Shown in pieces: positions 11,715 to 23,490 of a stretch of 64,000 nucleotides of DNA. The position numbers and the translations under genes are program-made. Source of the DNA: Podarcis filfolensis (taxonomy: Eukaryota); the NCBI GenBank assembly GCA_964270895.1, contig OZ185452.1. One strand, 5' to 3'. The stretch's first letter is position 1; the number at the start of each line of letters is the position of its first letter. The notes beneath the pieces were generated by a model. The model had not been told where the DNA came from. It did not search any database and saw only the letters and a program-made list of their open reading frames with translations.

Positions 11715-11961
11715 CAGTGGTGCCTCGCAAGACGAAATTAATTCGTTCCGCGAGTCTTTTCGTCTTGCGAAGCACGGTCCGTCGCAACTGCGCCTCTTCA
11801 AGCGGCTTTAAGAAAAAAGGGAACAAACTCGCAAGACGTTTTCGTCTTGCGAAGCAAGCCCATAGGGAAAATCGTCTTGCGAAGCATCGCAAAAAACGAA
11901 AAACCCTTTCGTCTTGCGCGTTTTTCATCTTGCGAGGCATTCGTCTTGCGAGGTACCACTG
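11715..11961. mobile_element. Tigger-like MITE with internal CGTCTTGCG repeats
   Basis: 22-bp TIR with 1 mismatch, TA TSD; several internal copies of the sub-terminal motif. Confidence 0.9.
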
Positions 11962-12149
11962 TACTGTATATATCTAGGAAGTCTAGGAAGGTGCTTTGAT
12001 ACAATTGCATTCCATATGAATACAATGTGGGTTCTAGGTGGTGCAGAATCCCATCTCCTCCTGTACAAATTTGCATGTAGTGCGAAAGGGGCTGTCACCT
12101 CCTGTTTTTTTCTGCTCGGCATCTGGTACTCTGAGGAGAACTATTAATA

Positions 12150-12333
12150 CAGTGGTACCTCTGGATGCGAACGGGATCCATTCCGGAGCCCCGTTCGCAT
12201 CCTGAAGTGAAAGCAACCCGCGTATGCGCGAGCGGCGAAACCCGGAAGTAACGCGTTCCGTTGCTTCCGGGTCACCGCGGAGTGCAACCCGAAAATGCTC
12301 AACCCGAAGCTACTTCAACCCACGGTATGACTG
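12150..12333. mobile_element. Tigger-like MITE with asymmetric ends (CAGTGG/CAGTCA)
   Basis: TA|CAGTGGTACCTC...GGTATGACTG|TA; related to 58936-59195 in the opposite orientation. Confidence 0.85.
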
Positions 12334-12841
12334 TATGGGGATTCTTATTTCAGATTTTAAAAATGGATTGTACCACTGTGTAGCTGGAGGTTCCTAAGGG
12401 TTGGTGGCATCTGTTTCAGTGAAACTTGTGAATGCTCTAGCTCATGATAATGTTAGCATGTTTATGTGTTACTCTATCCTTTATCAATTCTTCCATTTAA
12501 CTGTAAATGGACACAGACATTCCTTCAGGAATTCTGAATCTTCCATATGTGATACTTTTTAGCATCATGGACTCTAGAGTCTTTGTGTCTCTGCCATCTA
12601 CACACCGCAACATTTTCTGCCACTTAGTTAACAATGTTTCCAGGACTGACAGTGTTTGAAATAAAAATAATTATTTAGGAATAGTATACATGTTGTATTA
12701 AATTTCTGACCTATGTGAACTTTTACGTGCTCTATAATGGCAATCCTGCTGAATCTGGGCATTCACCAGGTCATAAGTAACCGCATAGAGCTTATTTGTA
12801 AGAGGTTGCTAGATAACTGCTAGGAACAGTTTTACTGAATA

Positions 12842-13072
12842 CAATGGAACCTCGGGTTGTGAATGTGATCCGTGCAGGAGGCATGTTTGCAACCTGCAGC
12901 GTTCGCAGCCTGCAGCGCCGCATCTGCGAACACGTAGATCGCGATTTGGTGCTTCTGTGCATGCGCAAAGCACCAAAACCTAGAATCAACCTGTTCCGGT
13001 ACTTCCGGGTTTGGCGCAGTGCGCAACCTGAAAATGCGTAACCTGAAGCGTCTCTAACCCGAGGTACCACTG
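12842..13072. mobile_element. Tigger-like MITE
   Basis: TA|CAATGGAACCTCGGGTT...AACCCGAGGTACCACTG|TA. Confidence 0.85.
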
Positions 13073-13340
13073 TATTACCATTTTGTCTCAGATTGGTTCC
13101 TTCTGACTTTGTTCACTAAGAACATTCTCAGATTCATATTATCTCCTTGATGGCCTGATAGCTTAGCACAAGAATTAAAGACTAGCTTTAGTTGGCTTTT
13201 TGCAGGGAAGGGGATCTGTTTTTTTAACCAAAAAAGGGAGCCAGCCAGATTGGTAAAATGGGGAGAGGAGGACCTAAGACTTGCTGCTTGTTCTGGTGGC
13301 TTGATTCTAATTTGTTTCCTGCTCCCCCATTCATCATCTC

Positions 13341-13520
13341 CCCTTCAGACAGTGCTTGACCCAGGGGTGCCAACTTGAATAATATATTGGGGCAGGTGAG
13401 ACACCCCCCCCCCCCACATAATCGATCACATGACATAGTGCGCACACACCATTTGAATGGCAATTCCTATTTATTTATTTTATTGGGGGGCAAAGACCCT
13501 AGGGGTTGGCTCTCCAGACT
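13341..13520. mobile_element. Degenerate hAT-like MITE
   Basis: Starts CAGGGGTGCCAAC and ends ...GGGGTTGGCTCTCC; no clean TSD. Confidence 0.4.
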
Positions 13521-14420
13521 CATTTTTTAAAGCACCAGTTATAACTGAGTGTCAATTTTAAATCTCCAGTTTTAATTGTGTCCCTTCTAACACATTAGAA
13601 CCCTGTAGTGGGGTGGGGAGCACTTTGACAGCTTCACACACACACCCCAACTTGAAACTCTAATAACTCAAGAGCCAAATGGAGAATGCCCAGTGAACTC
13701 GTATGTTTTCTAGTTATCCAATTTTAATTTTCTGTAATCCTATACAATTACACCTGTTGTCATTTTTTGGCTTAGTTTAGGGAATAATGGCCAAAGTTAA
13801 TTAAAAGCAAAATTTATTTAAAACTTATTTAGCTTACTAAATAAGCAACACAGAAAAGTAGAGGGCAAAGTGAGTGCAATAAATTATTGAGAGGCAAATC
13901 CATGTATTTTTCACATGTTTTATTTCAATAATGTTTCAATAATGTAAGGTAGACTGTTACTGTCCCCATATTACTGATGGGGAAGGAAGAGAGTGGATTG
14001 CCTTAAAACAGTGTGTGTTAAAACAGGTAACCCCTATAGCTAAGGTTTTGAACTGTGCCAGATCTTTCTTTGCTATACTACGTTATGTTAATTATCATAC
14101 CTTTTCTTTTGTCTATTGCAGCAGTGTCAGACACTGTTGGCTTAAAGAAGGCACTATACCTAGCAGTAGCTGCACAAACACTTGGGGAAAGATTTGGTTT
14201 TGAGATTAGAGCTTAGACAATGAGTTTCCAGCCCCATGTGGCAGATCGGAAGAATAATTACTTGGAACAATACATGCAGCTGAATTTGCACTTAACATAC
14301 AATGTACTAGTTTCAAAGTTCAGGTGGAATGCTTTGATTTGCCTCTTCATTGAGACAATGTTTTAGTGTTTTTTTAAAATATATATATATATATGTATAT
14401 GTCTTTTTTTTCTTTTACAG

Positions 14421-14464
14421 TCCTTTCAGGGAAGCCAGGGGCGAGCCTACCTCTTTAATTCAGT
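14421..14464 (+). CDS. YPEL1: YPEL1 coding exon 2 (SFQGSQGRAYLFNSV)
   Basis: Acceptor TTTTCTTTTACAG|, donor |GTAAGT; 44 nt, frame continuous. Confidence 0.97.
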
Positions 14465-14569
14465 GTAAGTGCAATTATTATTTTCTGTGGAATAAGAGGA
14501 CTATTTTACAACAATAGCATGTGAGTGGATTGGCTTGTTGCCTTGGTTTACGCAAGGACCCAAGTCGAG

Positions 14570-14750
14570 CCCTATGGGATCAACCCAGCAGTCCGTCTAG
14601 TCTAGCAGTCTGCTTCCCACAGTGGCTGGCAGATGTCTTGGAAGCCATAAACATGGCTGAAATACGGTAGCCCTTCTTTGCTGTTGCTCCCTAGCATCTG
14701 GTATTTTGTGTTTTTCAGATACTTTGAATGGACTAAGAGAAGGGTTTTGC
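14570..14750 (-). mobile_element. CR1-type 3' end / CR1-tailed SINE fragment
   Basis: Related to 25200-25440 and 62660-62765 (shared GGCCACA..GAGAACAG.AT.CTG...TAG.TGGG motif). Confidence 0.45.
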
Positions 14751-14814
14751 TTTGCCTGCAGAAGGCCACACATCCTTCAGTCAGGCACATGTGGAAAGCT
14801 TCTGAGGGCTGAAC

Positions 14815-14980
14815 GACTATGACTCAGTAACAGAGTGCATGCTTTGCATGCAAAAGAGCCACAGTTCAATCAAGTCTAGATAAGAAAGGTTCCTGGAGAG
14901 ATGCTGCCAACCAGTGTAAACAAAACTGAGCTAGGTAGACTAGTGGGCTGACTTGATATAAGACAGCTTTCTATGTTCCT
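14815..14980 (+). mobile_element. tRNA-head SINE with CAGCTT.CTATGTTCCT tail (LF-SINE-like)
   Basis: A/B-box-like head and tail; homologous to 28853-29212 and 57420-57815. Confidence 0.55.
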
Positions 14981-15144
14981 CTTAATTAGCATTGCCAAAA
15001 AAGTTATGTTTGGAACCAGCACATATGGAAACATAATTCTAACTATAGATTTTACAATGCAACTTTTTTCTTCTTTAGAGTATCTATTAAAATCCTTTCA
15101 AGGTAGGTAATAACTTCTGTTGGTGGCATAGTTAAAAGAAACAT

Positions 15145-15521
15145 GGGATGCTGATGGTGCTGTGGTCCAAACCACTGAGCCTCTTGGGCTTGCTGATCAG
15201 AAGGTCGGTGGTTCGAATTCCTGTGACAGGGTGAGCTCCCATTGCTCTGTCCCAGCTCCTGCCAACTTAGCAATTCAAAAGCATGCCAGTGCAAGTAGAT
15301 AAATAGGTACCACAGTGGTGGTAAGGTAAACAGCGTTTCCGTGCGCTCTGGTTTCCATCATAGTATCCCATTGTGCCAGAAGCAGTTTAGTCCTGCTGGC
15401 CACATGACCCAGAAAGCTGTCTGTGGACAAACGCCGGCTCCCTCGGCCTGAAAGCGAGATGAGCGCCACAACCCCATAGTTGCCCTTGACTGGACTTAAC
15501 TGTCCACGGGTCCTTTACCTT
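15145..15521 (+). mobile_element. Sauria/Squam1 SINE, longer subfamily
   Basis: GGGATGCTGATGGTGCTGTGG head, GGCCACATGACCC core, TCCTTTACCT tail; TSD-like TTAAAAGA(A)ACAT. Confidence 0.9.
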
Positions 15522-15987
15522 CATCTTTAAAAGAAACATAAAAACAAAGCCATAGTTAAAACTTGGGCTTTTTTTCTTCCAGCTGGAGCTCACCAGAGCT
15601 CAACTCCAGCACCTCTCAGGTGGGCACCATTGCCATTCTAAGAGAACAAGGGAGAACTTCATAATGAGCTCCGGCACCTCTTTTTCTAGAAAATTGGCAC
15701 TGGTTAAAACAATTTACCTTGTAATTAACACTAGGTCAGAAGTCGCACAGATGTTTTATTTGGTTTGTGTTCAAAAGCTTGGTGTATGTAAGGAGGAACA
15801 AGCAAAGCATCTTGGCTTTAAAATAGCTTCTTTGTGTGACGTTGGAAATATTTGCCAAAAATCCTGGTGTGAATGATCTTGAGATTTTGCATCTAGCATT
15901 TGCATATATCTTTATATTAATGGGAGGGGAAGGAAGATTCTTATAAAATGACTTACGCTTTTCCCACTCTCTCTCTCTCTCTTGCAG

Positions 15988-16096
15988 GGTGAATGTGGGC
16001 TGTGGTCCTGCGGAAGAGAGAGTTCTTCTGACAGGCTTGCATGCAGTAGCAGATATTTATTGTGAAAACTGCAAAACCACTCTTGGATGGAAATAC
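15988..16096 (+). CDS. YPEL1: YPEL1 coding exon 3 ([36 protein letters not shown])
   Basis: Acceptor (CT)n-TTGCAG|, donor |GTAAGC; 109 nt; contains the second CxxC of the Yippee zinc fold. Confidence 0.97.
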
Positions 16097-18461
16097 GTAA
16101 GCATTTGCCCATTTTTGGACATGCAACTGCTTGGATTTGTCTGGTCATTGAAATAGGCAATGTGCAAATGTGGGAGTATCTGTGTTGTCGCCAACTAAGT
16201 ACTACTCTGAGCAGACTCACTAAAGTTGAGTCTACTCTACACTAAAGTTCAGTGGATCTAGTCTGAGTACCCCAACATTGATACCCTCTGGATCTTGTCA
16301 GTTCCTTTTTGATACCCTGTGTTCTTGTCAGACTGGTGGCATGATAAGATCACCAGTTGGCCTTCCTCTAGTGGTAGTTGTAGTTGTAGTTATTGTTGTT
16401 TTTACCACCCACCCACCCCAAGAAAGGCACAGGGCAGGCTACAGCAATGTAAAAAGCAACAGTTTAAAGCAAATTGCATTCAGACCTGGAGTGGGTCCTA
16501 GAAATATGAATTTCAGTTCATATTTGCTGCTTTGAAGTGTGGCAGGTACCTGACACAGACCCTGCTTACATATGGTGAGGGGCTCATAACAAGCAGTTTT
16601 CAGAGCCACTGAATTTGCAAGGGTATCTTTTATTCCACCTGCCGGGGATTCTGCTTTTGTTACTGATGCATGAGGACCTGTCCTTCTGCCATCCCTCTTA
16701 CTTACTTGAGTGCAGGACTACTGCCACTGGGGATGGGGTGCTCTCAGGGAGAGCCCGGGTTCCTTCCTAGAATTTTCAGTTTTCATAGTACATAGTCTTT
16801 TCTTTGCAAAATGTAATGAAAAGTATACTGGTAAAAGTCTTCCCGAGTAAGAAGCAAATTTCCCATTTCCCAGGAGCATAAAGGCACTTGAATGAAAATT
16901 TATTTTATTAACATTAACTGTACCTTAAATTCAAAGGGTTGTATCCAACCAAGGTTCCATTCACACTATACAATTAAAACACCATGCTGCCACTTTAAAC
17001 AGCCAAGGCTTCCCCCCCCAATAATTCTGGGGGCTGTAGATTGTTAGGAGGCCCCTATTTTCCTTCCAGCGCTATAATTCCCAGAGCAGTTTAACAGTTC
17101 TCTCTTCCCAGGGTGATGTGGCCAAAGCCCTGCTTTCAGTAGACGCATTGAAATTAATGGTCCACCATTAGCCACATCCATTACTTTCAATGGGTCTACT
17201 AATTTTAGTACGACTGACTTTGCGTTGCTCTGCATTGATACTTCCCCCACCCCTTCCTCTGGAGAATGCTTAGGCTTCCCTCATTGCCATATGTCTGGCC
17301 CCACACCTCAAACGGCATCAACAGAGGACATTGACTGGGCTCCCCCATACATTTACTCCTTTTTCACTGGGACAGGATTGCCTGGGTAGAGCTTACATGC
17401 CAGCACCACGGGGACTTTGTGATGCACACAGTATTTCATAAAGCATAGGATATTGATTCTGACACTGGGCGGGAACCAGCCTCAAGGTCATCTCTGCTGT
17501 AACTGTACCTAAAGGAAGTTAATTTCCATAGGATTTGCATTCCTCAAAGTCTGATATTGTAGATGATAGGAATGAAACAAACCCCAAAGTAATCTTCATT
17601 AAATTCTGGTTGTTGGTACTGAATAGTTTCTCAATGGCAAAGAAGCATGGGATAGCTTTAAACCAGGCATGCCCAGCTCCCAAGAGACTGTGATCTACTT
17701 CCAGTATAAAAAAACTGGCAGTGATCTACCCATTGTCATTGGAGAAAGGAGGAACGTGCGTGGGGTGGGTGGATTGCCCAGAGTTGTACATGATAAGGAT
17801 CCCATGATCTACCAGGATTAGCCAGGGATCTACCAGTAGATCGCAAACTACCGGTTGGACACGCTTGCTTTAAACCAACTGGGAGAGACCTCTGGCCCTT
17901 GAGCCTAACTAGACCTTTTAGGCTTTCCAGTGAGGCTGTTCTGGGCTGGCCATCCCCATCTACCATTTACCTGACACCAGGAGCTTGTTAGATAAAGCTG
18001 TGGCTGAAAAGGAGCAATCAGGAGCCTTTGAGTTCTCCTGCTTTTGGCGCTGCTTAAATATGGCACCAAATACAAGCCCTGCGGCTTTTGCTCAGGTCAC
18101 TCTACTGATCATATGGAATCAGGTGACTTGTAGGTGAGCAGCTGTGCCCACCTGACAAATATGCCCGTGGAGGGTTGGCCACTGATTGATCTAGTCCTCT
18201 GGTTGAAAGTGGTTTCCACTCTTGCTTTAAATCAACAGTCATCTGCCAATAATTGAGTCCATTGCTCACCTGTGTAAAGTATTGACCTGTTGAGGTTTGA
18301 ACCAGGTCATCCCTCTTCCGTTCATACAGTGATGCCAAAGTGCATAAAGTACAACAGTTAAGCTGAGCAGTACTCTTGCCTTGCCCCTAACGGATACGTT
18401 AAGAAGCGTTCATATTTGAAGCGGCGGATAACGGAATCTAATATTTTATTTTCTTGCCTAG

Positions 18462-18551
18462 GAACATGCGTTTGAAAGCAGTCAGAAATACAAAGAAGGA
18501 AAATTCATCATTGAACTTGCCCACATGATCAAAGACAATGGCTGGGAGTAA
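18462..18551 (+). CDS. YPEL1: YPEL1 last coding exon (EHAFESSQKYKEGKFIIELAHMIKDNGWE*)
   Basis: Acceptor TTTTCTTGCCTAG|; TAA at 18549-18551. Total CDS 360 nt = 119 aa plus stop. Confidence 0.97.
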   Translation, partial: EHAFESSQKYKEGKFIIELAHMIKDNGWE

Positions 18552-21500
18552 ATGGGAACACTTCTCTCTCTCTTTGGACAATTAACCTGTGGAACATGCT
18601 TTATAAAGACTAATGCAAAAAGGATTTTGGTCCGGCTGGCTGAGAAAATCGCTGCGTTTTTGAAACCTCCAAACTGAGTAGTGTAATTTTGTGCCCCCCT
18701 CCCTTTCCCCAAAAGGCCATCTTTTGCCTTTTCCTCTTTGTGTAAGTTTCCCTCTTTTTGTATATGTATTCCTGTGTGAACAGTTGTTTTGGATCGACTT
18801 TTTCTACAAACTAGAGGGATAATTCCCTAATTTCAAATTACTTTTAATAGCTAGCGCTCTCTTTTGAACTGTGCTTTTTAAATGCTCCTTCCTTCTGTGC
18901 ATGCTTTTTTGCCCATCACCTGCCCCAGGATTTTGTTGAAGGCCTGCGTGAACAGTCCTAGAGAGAATGTAAGGCATGTTCCTTCCCCCTGACCCCAGAC
19001 ATAGCAATTTCTGTGCTCTCTTTGCAGTGAGAAGGACATAACGTTGTAGTAACCATTAGTTCTTTTCTTTTTCTTTTTTAAAGTACTGCAGCTTGTGTGT
19101 ATCTTTGGGCAGGTTGGTTAAAGGTTTAGTCAATTGTAACTGGCTGAGGTTTATAAATCCTTGCTTTTATTTAAAGAAAACGAGAAGCGAGGGTGGAATA
19201 ATAATTTACAAGGTCAACTAACTTATAAGGTCTGACCGAAATCAAAACATTCCTAAGAAAGTTAAACTTTGCTCTTTTAAGAAAGAATGTCTTAGCAAAG
19301 TTTTCAAGATCAAAGGATGCAACTATATGCAGCTCTTATTTTTAATGTCATGTAAAATGTCTCGGTACTGTACCTTTAACAGGGACTTGTACATCCACTG
19401 AAGTTTTTATGGCTGGTTCCATGTAGCTACATAGTTTTTAATGCACTGGATAAAGAGGTTGATTTGCTCTTGCAGTCCTTAAACACACAGGATTATTTTT
19501 GTGTGTGAAAGTGGCTAGAGCTTCTAGCTGTTACCTGTGGGAGGTTGGAAGTTGGGGAGCAGTTTAAAAAAAATGCAAATTGACTTCTTCATGCTAGGTT
19601 TTTTAAGGGCCGTTTGATTTGCTGGCTGAATCATCCCTGAGCACATTTTGTAATAAACAGTTATGTGAAATAAGCATCAACTTGTAATTTCCCCCAGCTG
19701 CTGCTTTTTGTGGGGTGACTCAGTCAGACACTTCCACTATGTGTGTGTGTGTATGTGTGTGTATGTAAAGTTCACTGATGGGAACTTTCCTGCACACTGT
19801 TTCAAGAGATTTGAATAATTTTTATGTCATGATTTTTGCATTAATATTCTAAAATTTATGAGAGGAGGAACGGATTGGATGATATTTTACACTAACACCA
19901 CATAGCTGCTGATAGCATGAATAATATGGAAAAGCCTTACATTGGGAAATCTGCTCCTTTCTAATACAATGTCTTTTACATGGCGTAAGAAAAACTTTGC
20001 ATTGTTCCTCTCTGCTGGCTGCTGCTATCCTCGTCTGATGGGCTTTCAAGTCTCTACTGCACTTTAGCTATACCTTTCATGTTAAAAGTAAGAGTAATCT
20101 TTCCCTAAAGAGGAATTGTCCCTTCCCTCTTCTGTTTGAAGAATTATTTCCCAAGCAAACCATCTGGGAAGTAGTATGGTTACACTGTGATGCAAAAAAA
20201 AGGATATTGAATATATCTGTTTAAGTGTGTGTGTACATAGTTACCTCTTAGGCATTCAAATCCAAAGAGCTGTACTAGTGACAGCTAGATTCAAATTTTG
20301 TTTTGCTGAATGACCTTTTATTCTGGTGCTTAATTTAATATGAATGAGGGTTTGTGTGTTTTTTTTATCCATTAATCTTCAGTACAGTACTTGATCTAAA
20401 TGTACACTAGAACCAGGCGTTATCTTGACTCATGCCTAGACAGCAGCAGCTTCAGCCACCCCAATCGACCACAAGCCGCTGAAGTTTCTCTTAAGAGGAG
20501 CTATTTCCTCGTGAGAAGACTTGGCTCTCTGGTATCCTCCTTAGTGCTGCCATCACAGATCCTTCCAGTCCCCTTGGACTAGGAGTAATCAGCACGGGAA
20601 CCTAGAATAGGCAGGCACTGTGTGTCTTGTGGGTTAGTGACTTGTGCAAACATCTGTCTGGTGTGCCTCGCTAAATATCAGTAAACTGACTTTATTTATT
20701 TTGTATCGCTTTCAAATCGCTTTATCCAAAAGGTCTGGTTTTCCTATCTTCCCTCCAATGCTTATGGCTGAAACAGTAAATAACTTGAACTATATTCTAA
20801 CTGGTACAGTATCCACTGCCAACCATGTAAGTACTGAAATCATAAGCAGATGGGCACTGTCGTTGGCTCACGATGCTGGCTGTAAGCCGTACCAGCTATG
20901 AAACTGTCGCTAGAAGCATATCTTTTTCAATAGCATGGTTCCTCCTTGGTTTAAATGTCTCTCACCTAGTACTTACAGGAATTAGAGGACAAATTTCGGT
21001 CAGGTCTTTTGGGCAGGAGTTTGAGACTCAAAAGAGTTTGAGAGACAAAATCCAACCTCTTTTTATCAGTGCATTATTCATATTCTAAACCTAAATCACT
21101 TAGGTCTAAACTACATGTTGGAGGCAAGCATGTAACTGTAGCTTTCCTTAAAAGTTGAAAATTCACTTTGGGATGAAAAGAGTAGAGACGGGAGATGCTT
21201 AGACTTCTCCCTGCTCCAAATCATTTCCCCAAGTATTCTCCCTCTGCCCCCAAGGTTTCAATTGTATGTTTGTATTTTGGGGGCAAGCCATGGGTAGGGC
21301 GTGAAGAGGGGCTGGAGTGGAGCTCCTCTTCTCTCTCTTGCTTTTCCATTCTTACTAATTCTCCCAAATGTTTTATGATAAAAAAGAGGGGCTTTTAAGA
21401 AAACACACTTGCACATATTGTGTAGTTTGGCCTTCTGGGTACAAGGTTTCACCTAAACCGTTTGTTAAACCTGGATGCCAAAAACTTGAGATTTTTATTT

Positions 21501-23490
21501 TTTTGTTGGCACCTGGAGTATCAAATTGCGGGTAAAAATCTAATGCAAGTCATTTGTAGTGATAAGGCATTTAAGAATACCAAATAGAGCAATATTTTTA
21601 TGGATTTTGAAAAAGGGGATGGGAAGGGTGGTAGAGAATTCTAAATCTAAAAATGATACTGTAGGTATCAAGTAGCATTGCATATTAGATCCTTTGGGGG
21701 AAATGAATGATTTTACTTGGATTGTAGGAAGGTCTTTAAAACTGGGTGCTTCAATTTTACAGGTTGGGTGTCAGTAGGATCCAGATACTGCTGGATGTTG
21801 GTTGATGTATAAAAGGTCAGTCTGGTTACTGAACTTTCCAGCATTACATAAGCATAATACTTGAACATTTTTCAAAACATTTACCCTCTTAACCATTTTG
21901 AGTGTGTGTAATGTATTCTATTTAAGGTTTTGTGTGTTCTTTCTGGGTAAGTTTACGCTATCCCTTCAACTTGAGCACTTTTGTTACCTGTTATTTTTAT
22001 TACTGTTGGTCTTAACATTTATTATATATATATATATATATTTTATAAATTGTAACAACGATTTTTTGTGAACTTCTGTGTGCTACCTACTAGCTCCCCC
22101 CCCCTTTTTTTTTTGGACTAGATGAACTGACTACAAGCTGGTTCTTGGGAAGAATGTTCATTCGCACATACAGAAATTGTGCTCGCAAAGTGTACATGTA
22201 TTGAGGTGTTTTTCCCTTTGAACTCAATAGCCATGGTTAGCATAAACTAACCAAACAGTATGGCATGACTGAGGGCCAGATCAGGCAATTTAAAAATCTC
22301 CTTGTGGAAGAAGGAACGTCTAATCTTGCAGAACCACATTGGCAGGCTCCCAGCAAAGTAAACGCTAGGAAACATTGCCATGTCATGCTAGATCAGATGC
22401 TAACTTCCTCCATGCAGATGTATCTGTAAGGATGCTGATGTGAAGCTTTTTTGTGCATCTGAGCTAGCCCCGCTGTGCAACTTTTTCCCCTCTTCCATTT
22501 TTTTCTAGCTCCTTTGGTGTGAGCATTACAGTAGTATGAACCAATTTCATGTGGCTGTTATTTCTCTTAACAGCTGTGGACAGCTTTTAACCACTGGAAG
22601 AAAACACCAGGCTTCCAGAATATTAAGTTGCATTATTTCACCACTCGTCCCAATAAAAGCTTGCTTCTCGGCCTAATCAGTCTTGTTATACATATGGATT
22701 TGACTTGCTGTGCTATTGCCATGAATCCTATTATGTAACAACCCAGAACAACTTGAACTCGCCTCGGCCCGTTTGTTCAACAAGGCTAGGGAGCTTTGCT
22801 TTCCTCACGGCCCAAGTTATGTTGTGAAGTTGAAATTACCAATGTCTCTCTAAATTGCTTTATTGCCTGTATGATATACCTTATGTCACAGGACTGTGTT
22901 ATGCATAACCGTTACTGAAAGCTCCCTTGGCGTCGGGTGAAATTAAGACTTCAGAGGAGCAGTGTTTCCCTTTTGAGGGAAAGGGACAGTGCACTTTGGT
23001 CATTAATATGAATGTCAGCATTAATTGGGCTGTACCATTTTGATTTCTAATAAATCTGAAATGTGAGATTTACAAAAATATGCTGTTTTTTTTCAGAGAA
23101 GATTATGGTCTGCTATGATAACCTGTTTTATGACGACTCAACCCAGATAGCCACAGTTTCTTATCCAGCTTTGTATAATGGTGAAAGGAATGACAGCAAA
23201 TGTTCAAGTTAATGGTACACCATTTGTGTAGAGGCAACCACCAGTAATCTTATGCTGCCGTGAACAGGGATTTCACAGAAGCAAAGTAGGGTCAAAAACA
23301 CAGGAGTCATAGCAGGTGCCCATTGACTTGTGCCTCTTCGCTGGAACGCTTTTGGAAAAACGCTTACTTTTTGCACAGCTGACGTGGCTTCTTTCTGGTT
23401 TTTGTCTTGGCAATACTGTACACAAGTTGTTGTTTCCCTTTATTGTATCTACTTGAGGTATCACAATAAACGTTTTCAGTTTTGTTGAAT
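18552..23490 (+). other. YPEL1: Probable long YPEL1 3'UTR
   Basis: U-rich with no recognisable TE; AATAAA at 19652, 22652, 23049 and 23465. Confidence 0.6.
23465..23470 (+). terminator. Probable distal polyadenylation signal of YPEL1
   Basis: AATAAA with upstream TGTA motifs and a downstream U/GU-rich tract. Confidence 0.55.

Noticed and set aside
11608-11977. Basic K/R-rich ORFs on both strands
   Set aside because: Products of the internal repeats of the 11715-11961 MITE.
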